IMG/VR virus record: IMGVR_UViG_3300045988_105026
Span: 1 to 55,816 of that record
Reading direction: 5' to 3' (one strand)
Length of the DNA stretch: 55,816 bases
DNA from: a virus
Part shown: piece by piece, positions 51,063 through 55,816 of the stretch
Layout of the letters: every line of letters starts with the position of its first letter
Position numbering within the stretch: the first letter of the stretch is position 1
Notes under the pieces: model-generated
The model's input: only the letters and a program-made list of their open reading frames with translations
Database searches by the model: none
What the model was told of the DNA's origin: nothing
Translations under genes and position numbers: made by a program

Positions 51063-51276
51063 TATCTTTCACCTCATCCCACATAGTTTTCAAGTATTTT
51101 ATCACTTTTATTTGTGATGCTGTTTTGATTAATTCTTCTTTTCCCTTTTTAACTGTGTACATTTTTATATATCTATTTTGCTCTTGAGAATAAAATTGAT
51201 ATGTATTTATACATACTATTATATTTTTTGATTTTAGAGCTGTTTGTAATTTATACATTAACTCTCTCGTGTTCAT
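51055..51276 (-). CDS. Hypothetical protein (start at MNTREL after AAGGAGG)
   Basis: First gene downstream of promoter 51332-51360. Confidence 0.5.
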   Translation of the reverse strand: MNTRELMYKLQTALKSKNIIVCINTYQFYSQEQNRYIKMYTVKKGKEELIKTASQIKVIKYLKTMWDEVKDID

Positions 51277-51331
51277 TATCCCGCCTCCTTTTTTATGATT
51301 TTTAACATATAATGTATTATATTTGTTAATT

Positions 51332-51360
51332 ATTATAATATGTTTTGTTAAGGTTGTAAA
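51332..51360 (-). promoter_or_regulatory. Candidate class II promoter of the packaging/late operon (TTTACA-17-TATAAT)
   Basis: Exact hexamers and spacing. Lies immediately after terminator 51361-51397. Confidence 0.45.
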
Positions 51361-51397
51361 TATAAAAAGTAGGTGGTATATTTCTATATCACCTACT
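51361..51397 (-). terminator. Intrinsic terminator upstream of the late operon
   Basis: Minus strand AGTAGGTG...CACCTACT stem followed by TTTTTATATTT. Confidence 0.6.
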
Positions 51398-51455
51398 TGA
51401 TGCACTTTGATTTGTATTATGGATCTTATATGTTAAATTAATGGAGAAGTATTAT

Positions 51456-51617
51456 CTAACCATGTTGACCACCCCCTTTATCTAATATATGCACTCTTTT
51501 CTTATCTACAGTCAGCTCAACAAATCCATCTCTTATCTTATATCTAAAAGTACATTTATTGTCCGTCTCTGTATATGCATATACTGTTAATGCGATATTA
51601 TCCAATATGATTTGCAT
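51456..51617 (-). CDS. Small hypothetical protein (53 aa)
   Basis: AAAGGAGG RBS then ATG. MQIILDNIALTVYAY... Confidence 0.4.
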   Translation of the reverse strand: MQIILDNIALTVYAYTETDNKCTFRYKIRDGFVELTVDKKRVHILDKGGGQHG

Positions 51618-51673
51618 ATATGTTACCGCCTCCTTTTTATTTATTATAACACGATAACCAAATATTTAATATA

Positions 51674-52219
51674 CTAATCTATACTGAAATAATGATTCTT
51701 ATAATGGAACTTAGGTGTTCCAAATGAATGATAATGAGACATTCTAAATGCTGTTATCTCATTGTCAAGCTGACTTTCAAGTTCTGTATTTATAGCCCTA
51801 TATGTTTCTTCTGTAGGTGTAACATCATATATTCTTCCATTACTTACCACTTCAAATTGATGTTTCTGCATTATAACATCTTTTATAGTATTTGGATATT
51901 TATCTGAATCTACCCTATTTAGAATAACATCTACAACATATTGTTTTCCAATAAATCCTTCTGTTCCGGCTTCCGCTTCCACACATTTTGCAAATAACTC
52001 ATATTCATCATTGTCCATCCAGTAACTAGGATGAACTTCACAAAATTGAACTATATTTGTATCATTCTTTTCTATGTATGTTTTAACTGTAGCAACTTGT
52101 TTATTAGTTTTAGTATTTTCTGCGTATAAATCATCCTGTGCTGATTTTACTGTTGTAATAAAAAGTATCCATACAATTATAAGAATACTTACACTTATTA
52201 TATTACGTTTCTTTGTCAT
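51674..52219 (-). CDS. SleB/CwlJ-type cell-wall hydrolase with an N-terminal membrane anchor
   Basis: AKCVEAEAGTEG...VVDVILNRVDSDKYPNTIKDVIMQKHQFE matches the Hydrolase_2 (SleB) pattern. Confidence 0.75.
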   Translation of the reverse strand: MTKKRNIISVSILIIVWILFITTVKSAQDDLYAENTKTNKQVATVKTYIEKNDTNIVQFCEVHPSYWMDNDEYELFAKCVEAEAGTEGFIGKQYVVDVILNRVDSDKYPNTIKDVIMQKHQFEVVSNGRIYDVTPTEETYRAINTELESQLDNEITAFRMSHYHSFGTPKFHYKNHYFSID

Positions 52220-52361
52220 TATTTTCCTCCCATAATCTTTTATGATTATTTTCTTTTTGCCATTTTCTCCAGCATGTTATTCCCATACCTCTATTAATAG
52301 CTTCTTCTGTTCTTAGCTTTCTTCCGCATCTTTTGCAAGTTGTCTGTTTAGCTTCATTCAT
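52203..52361 (-). CDS. Small protein with a CxxCGR...GMGITC zinc-ribbon-like motif (52 aa)
   Basis: AAGGAG RBS. TCKRCGRKLRTEEAINRGMGITCWRKW, the same motif type as ORF 2928-3470. Confidence 0.45.
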   Translation of the reverse strand: MNEAKQTTCKRCGRKLRTEEAINRGMGITCWRKWQKENNHKRLWEENNDKET

Positions 52362-52453
52362 TAGATTTCTCCTTATGTGGGCTTGATATACAAGTCAAAT
52401 AATATATGCATTTTGGAGTGCAAATATATTTTTTATCATAAGCACATTTCCGG

Positions 52454-52648
52454 TCAATCTGTATGATAGATATCGTTCTTGTTTTCATATTTCTCCCTCA
52501 ACTTTCTTAAATATTCTAATTGTTCCTTGTCTTCCTTCTCCTGCTTGTTTACTGGAGAAAGTAAAATTAATAAAATAACCATCAATGCTGATATTACTAT
52601 TAGCATTAGTAATAATACTAATATGACTAGTATAAACCAAGTATTCAT
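52454..52648 (-). CDS. Small membrane protein
   Basis: N-terminal TM helix WFILVILVLLLMLIVISALMVILLILL. AAGAAGGTGA RBS. Confidence 0.5.
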   Translation of the reverse strand: MNTWFILVILVLLLMLIVISALMVILLILLSPVNKQEKEDKEQLEYLRKLREKYENKNDIYHTD

Positions 52649-52665
52649 TTTTCACCTTCTTTCTT

Positions 52666-52691
52666 TAGTGTTTTATGTGTTATCGCTTCAC
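52666..52691. repeat. 26-nt repeat, copy 2
   Basis: Identical to 19342-19367. Confidence 0.85.
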
Positions 52692-52699
52692 TATGTTTA

Positions 52700-52945
52700 T
52701 TAAGCTACAGATTTCATAACTTGTATTTCAAGTTCTTCAATCTGTTCCCAAGTGAATCCGAACTGATTGACAAGTATTTCAGCTTTATCATCACAATAGA
52801 TAGAATTTTCTATTGTTGACTGATTAACAAATAATTCAACTGATTGCTTATAAGCTCTGATAGCTTCTGATTTGATAAACTCATCAATTTCATCCTCGTT
52901 ATTAAAAATTACTTTATCAATGTAATATCCTTTATACTGTCTCAT
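52700..52945 (-). CDS. Hypothetical protein (start at MRQYKGYY after AGAGG)
   Basis: First gene after promoter 52994-53022. Confidence 0.5.
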   Translation of the reverse strand: MRQYKGYYIDKVIFNNEDEIDEFIKSEAIRAYKQSVELFVNQSTIENSIYCDDKAEILVNQFGFTWEQIEELEIQVMKSVA

Positions 52946-52993
52946 ATAATACCTCTTTCTCAACTTTCGTTGTATTTCTTAACTTCTATATAT

Positions 52994-53022
52994 ATTGTAA
53001 TACATAAAACTATATTTGTCAA
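52994..53022 (-). promoter_or_regulatory. Class I promoter cassette, copy 7
   Basis: Minus strand TTGACAAATATAGTTTTATGTATTACAAT. Confidence 0.75.
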
Positions 53023-53050
53023 CAGTTTTTATGAAAAAATACATAAAAAT

Positions 53051-54010
53051 TTATTGAGCGAGACATGATAAGACAGCATATTCAAGAGCTATATCTTCAT
53101 CTATAGTTCCCATTTTAATACCAGCTTCTATTTCCTGACATTTAAGCATATTTCTTTTTACTTCTGCTATACTATATCCTCCTACGTTCTTAGTACAGCC
53201 GTACAACTCTCCTTTTGTCATTCCTGTACGCTCCATAGCGCCTTGCTTATTACTTCCCAATCCTTGATATGCTAGTAAGTTTCTAAAACCAGTATATAAG
53301 ATTGATACAATCATCATAGCTGGCTCGCCTTTTCTTTTAGCTTCATCAAGTTTCTGTATAGCCGTTTCTGGATACCCACCTAATACTGCATTAGTTAATT
53401 CAAATGTTATATCTCCTATTTCTTTATGAAATAATCCTTGCTTATCCAATAACTTAAATGCACTATCTGTATTAGGTGTACCTTCATTATTCGTATAATG
53501 TTCCTGCCACTGTTTGATTTTGTCAATTTCCATTAGTATTCTACCATAATCATAATTGCAATATTCAACTAACTTGCTTGAATTTTTCTCGCTTAAATCG
53601 GGTAAATCTTTAGATATGTATGTTTGTAGCACCTCTTTAGTTAAACGTGAAAATTCAACTAAATTTTGTTGATTCTTCTTTACAAACGCTGAACGCTTAT
53701 CTAAACTATGATATCTAAGAATGATATAATCTTTAGTTGGTGTATTTTTTACAGTTTCCCAACTATCCTCAGCCCTTAAAAATGCCATATCATCTTGCAC
53801 TACATATAGTCGAATAGATTTGTCAAGACTCTTCTTGTTTATATTTTGCATTATATACGATACTGAATCTGCACTTATACGTTTAGTATTTGTAACTTCT
53901 AATATATGTGTTAGGTATATATTTAGAATCGTTTGCTCTTCCCCAAATAATATCAAAAAATGTGGAATATCATTGGATGAGATACGTTTCATTAAATCTA
54001 CAAGCTCCAT
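53051..54010 (-). CDS. holA: DNA polymerase III delta subunit-like protein
   Basis: N-terminal FLILFGEEQ pattern, about 320 aa helical architecture, and clamp-loader operon context. Confidence 0.6.
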   Translation of the reverse strand: MELVDLMKRISSNDIPHFLILFGEEQTILNIYLTHILEVTNTKRISADSVSYIMQNINKKSLDKSIRLYVVQDDMAFLRAEDSWETVKNTPTKDYIILRYHSLDKRSAFVKKNQQNLVEFSRLTKEVLQTYISKDLPDLSEKNSSKLVEYCNYDYGRILMEIDKIKQWQEHYTNNEGTPNTDSAFKLLDKQGLFHKEIGDITFELTNAVLGGYPETAIQKLDEAKRKGEPAMMIVSILYTGFRNLLAYQGLGSNKQGAMERTGMTKGELYGCTKNVGGYSIAEVKRNMLKCQEIEAGIKMGTIDEDIALEYAVLSCLAQ

Positions 54011-54219
54011 GTTTTATTTCCTCCTGTTACTCCATAGCATGGGCATGGTGGTGCTAAAGTGATAGGTACAAAGGTTACAAGATATATGATATGAGTAGGA
54101 TATTTAGCTCTTAGATAGTTCATTTTCTTTATTGCCATTGATTTATTCTGATAAGCTCCACCTCTGGCATTGAAATACATCCGTTCTTCTGTCAGGTCTT
54201 TTATCGTGTATAATTCCAT
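53998..54219 (-). CDS. Hypothetical protein
   Basis: TAATG coupling. 73 aa. Confidence 0.45.
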   Translation of the reverse strand: MELYTIKDLTEERMYFNARGGAYQNKSMAIKKMNYLRAKYPTHIIYLVTFVPITLAPPCPCYGVTGGNKTWSL

Positions 54220-54587
54220 TAAAATAGCTTTCCTTTCTTTTTAGGTGTTTGCTGGGTTACATGAACAGCTTCAGAAAATGAGTTATTATGGATAATATGA
54301 TAAGTAATATGATACAGATACTCTTTATCATGCTCATTAAGATTATAATACAAATAAAATCCGGTACTTCCATCAAAATCATCTCCGAACGCATATCCAT
54401 ATTCTGTGTCTGATATATCCCCATGCTCCTTATGCATACTCACAAGCTGTTTACAGTATTTATCAAATAATGAGTCATCTATTAGATTTTGACTTAATTC
54501 ATAATAAGCTATAGAAAGTATTATTATTTTTCTTTGTAAAAAATTGATACAAGTGAGTTTATCCCATCTTCTAGGAAATTTTTGCAT
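54219..54587 (-). CDS. Hypothetical protein
   Basis: GAGGTGA RBS. 122 aa. Confidence 0.45.
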   Translation of the reverse strand: MQKFPRRWDKLTCINFLQRKIIILSIAYYELSQNLIDDSLFDKYCKQLVSMHKEHGDISDTEYGYAFGDDFDGSTGFYLYYNLNEHDKEYLYHITYHIIHNNSFSEAVHVTQQTPKKKGKLF

Positions 54588-54825
54588 TTTTAATAATCAC
54601 CTCATCAATATAAGCCTGACAACCTTTTATACAATCTTCTTGAGTTTTAAATTCTATTTCATTCCATAAGCTGTTGTATCTTATATCTCTTTCATCCTTA
54701 GAATTTATGCAGTAGTACCAACAATCTAAATTTGATGAGTAATTTATACGACATTCAAACTTTTTATATTTACCTCTATAGAATTTGCTATTACCAAATC
54801 TTCCTGTGACATCTTTAAGTCTCAT
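54571..54825 (-). CDS. Hypothetical protein
   Basis: ATGA coupling to the holB-like gene. 84 aa. Confidence 0.45.
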   Translation of the reverse strand: MRLKDVTGRFGNSKFYRGKYKKFECRINYSSNLDCWYYCINSKDERDIRYNSLWNEIEFKTQEDCIKGCQAYIDEVIIKNAKIS

Positions 54826-55616
54826 TTTTTAATCTCCTCCAACATTCTAATAAGCATACCTTCTATACTTGATTTCTTGTTTATTGTGTTTCTACTTAGC
54901 TCTTGCTTACATATAACTATAGCCTTTAAACATCCAAACGACTTATATATAAGTGCATTTGCCTGTGCATTATACAATCTTTTTTGAAATACTTTAAAAA
55001 ATAATAAGCAATCAATCTTATCTGTCTCTGTCTGTTTAGCTTTTAACTGTGTACAAGCTTTTAATACTTTAGTACCGCTCTTTTCCCTCAGAGCTTTTAA
55101 TACATCATCCACACAATCTTCCGTTCTCTGCACTTCATCATGTGCAACTTGTAGTTCACCTATGTTAGTGCAGTACTCAAGCTTTAATTCATCATCACAT
55201 ACTGATTTTAGTTCCTGCATTGCATAAGGTTCCATTTTAATGATTGTTCCCCTGCTTCTAATAGTACCTAACATATTATCAATATTATGAACTGTCATTA
55301 TAAAATAAGCATTATTAGGAGGTTCCTCCACAACTTTAAGAAGTGCGTTTTTTGCTTCATTTTTCATATCATCAGCATCTCTAAAAATATAACAAGTAGA
55401 TTCTGTAATAGTATAAGCATTTTCTATTGTTTCCCGGACTTCTGCAATACTATTTCCCATAATTATACCTTTTGCATTTATCATTTTTATAATGATTTTT
55501 GCAAGTGTCAATCTTCCACTTCCTTGTGCTCCTGATATTATTATGAATCTGGGAACTGACTTATTACATCTCCACTGAATAAGAGTATTTATATTATTCT
55601 TCTGTCCTATCATCAT
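54822..55616 (-). CDS. holB: DNA polymerase III delta-prime-like AAA+ protein
   Basis: ISGAQGSGRLTLAK P-loop variant, LLKVVEEPP, and TIRSRG (SRC-type). Confidence 0.7.
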   Translation of the reverse strand: MMIGQKNNINTLIQWRCNKSVPRFIIISGAQGSGRLTLAKIIIKMINAKGIIMGNSIAEVRETIENAYTITESTCYIFRDADDMKNEAKNALLKVVEEPPNNAYFIMTVHNIDNMLGTIRSRGTIIKMEPYAMQELKSVCDDELKLEYCTNIGELQVAHDEVQRTEDCVDDVLKALREKSGTKVLKACTQLKAKQTETDKIDCLLFFKVFQKRLYNAQANALIYKSFGCLKAIVICKQELSRNTINKKSSIEGMLIRMLEEIKK

Positions 55617-55815
55617 TTTTAATCACCTCAATCTTTAAAAAAGCTGAACCATCTGATGTTCGTCTTATGATATTATCCAGCCTGCTATACTTTATTACAC
55701 GCAAATTTAAGCCATCGTCTTCATCTGCCAATATATACACACCCTCAATATCCTTATCAAAAATTTTTTTCTTAACTTCTTCTATAGATAGCTGTGTTAC
55801 TTTTATATTATTCAT
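55594..55815 (-). CDS. Hypothetical protein spanning the window junction region
   Basis: The ATG at 55815 is duplicated at position 54. Its GAGGA RBS lies at 63-67 once the ends are joined. Confidence 0.5.
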   Translation of the reverse strand: MNNIKVTQLSIEEVKKKIFDKDIEGVYILADEDDGLNLRVIKYSRLDNIIRRTSDGSAFLKIEVIKNDDRTEE

Positions 55816-55816
55816 A
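55762..55816. repeat. Window-end overlap, copy B (identical to 1-55)
   Basis: 55/55 identity with bases 1-55. Confidence 0.95.

Noticed and set aside
1-55816. Stop-codon reassignment / alternative genetic code
   Set aside because: All large conserved genes (polA, SNF2, tape measure, terL, portal, dnaB) read through uninterrupted in the standard code. The only tRNA with a readable anticodon is a normal tRNA-Gln(UUG), not a suppressor.

Overview
The window is a complete, circularly closed tailed-phage genome. Bases 1-55 are identical to 55762-55816, so the unique length is 55761 bp. It is AT-rich, and every credible gene lies on the minus strand. AGGAGG-type ribosome-binding sites, sigmaA-like promoters and SleB/YopX/XkdX-type genes point to a Firmicutes (probably clostridial or bacillus-like) host; that host call is inference. 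No integrase or repressor module was recognised. Gene order below follows minus-strand transcription. (1) A clamp-loader operon spans the window junction: dnaX-like, holB-like and holA-like genes, interrupted by a free-standing GIY-YIG homing endonuclease. (2) A block of small early genes with RecA-like, YopX, RuvC-like and Cas4-like nuclease genes. (3) A beta clamp, followed by a full preQ0 / 7-deazaguanine module (folE, queE, queD, queC, a GuaD-like deaminase, dpdA-like) next to polA. (4) A gp32-like SSB candidate, tRNA-Gln, an aberrant tRNA-like gene, primase, DnaB, a DnaC-like loader and a replisome organizer with internal iterons. (5) An SNF2 helicase. (6) A terminator-insulated accessory cassette (28.9-31.5 kb). 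(7) A lysis cassette. (8) A siphovirus-type tail, head and packaging module (33.9-51.1 kb). The items most worth follow-up are listed here. A GuaD-like guanine deaminase sits inside the deazaguanine DNA-modification cluster. The dpdA 5' end has an odd tandem-repeat structure. A 101-nt tRNA-like gene has its anticodon loop replaced by a 32-nt insert. A promoter-leader-terminator (attenuator-like) element lies in front of the replisome-organizer gene, which itself carries 23-bp-phased iterons. Seven near-identical promoter/operator cassettes occur in the replication half. An array of DnaA-box-like 9-mers overlaps the late promoter and terminators. The RuvC-like gene needs a frame correction in a TA tract. 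The accessory cassette is visibly more G+C-rich and encodes a TNF/C1q-like protein and a Cys-rich membrane protein. All function calls rest on motifs read by eye; no database search was run.
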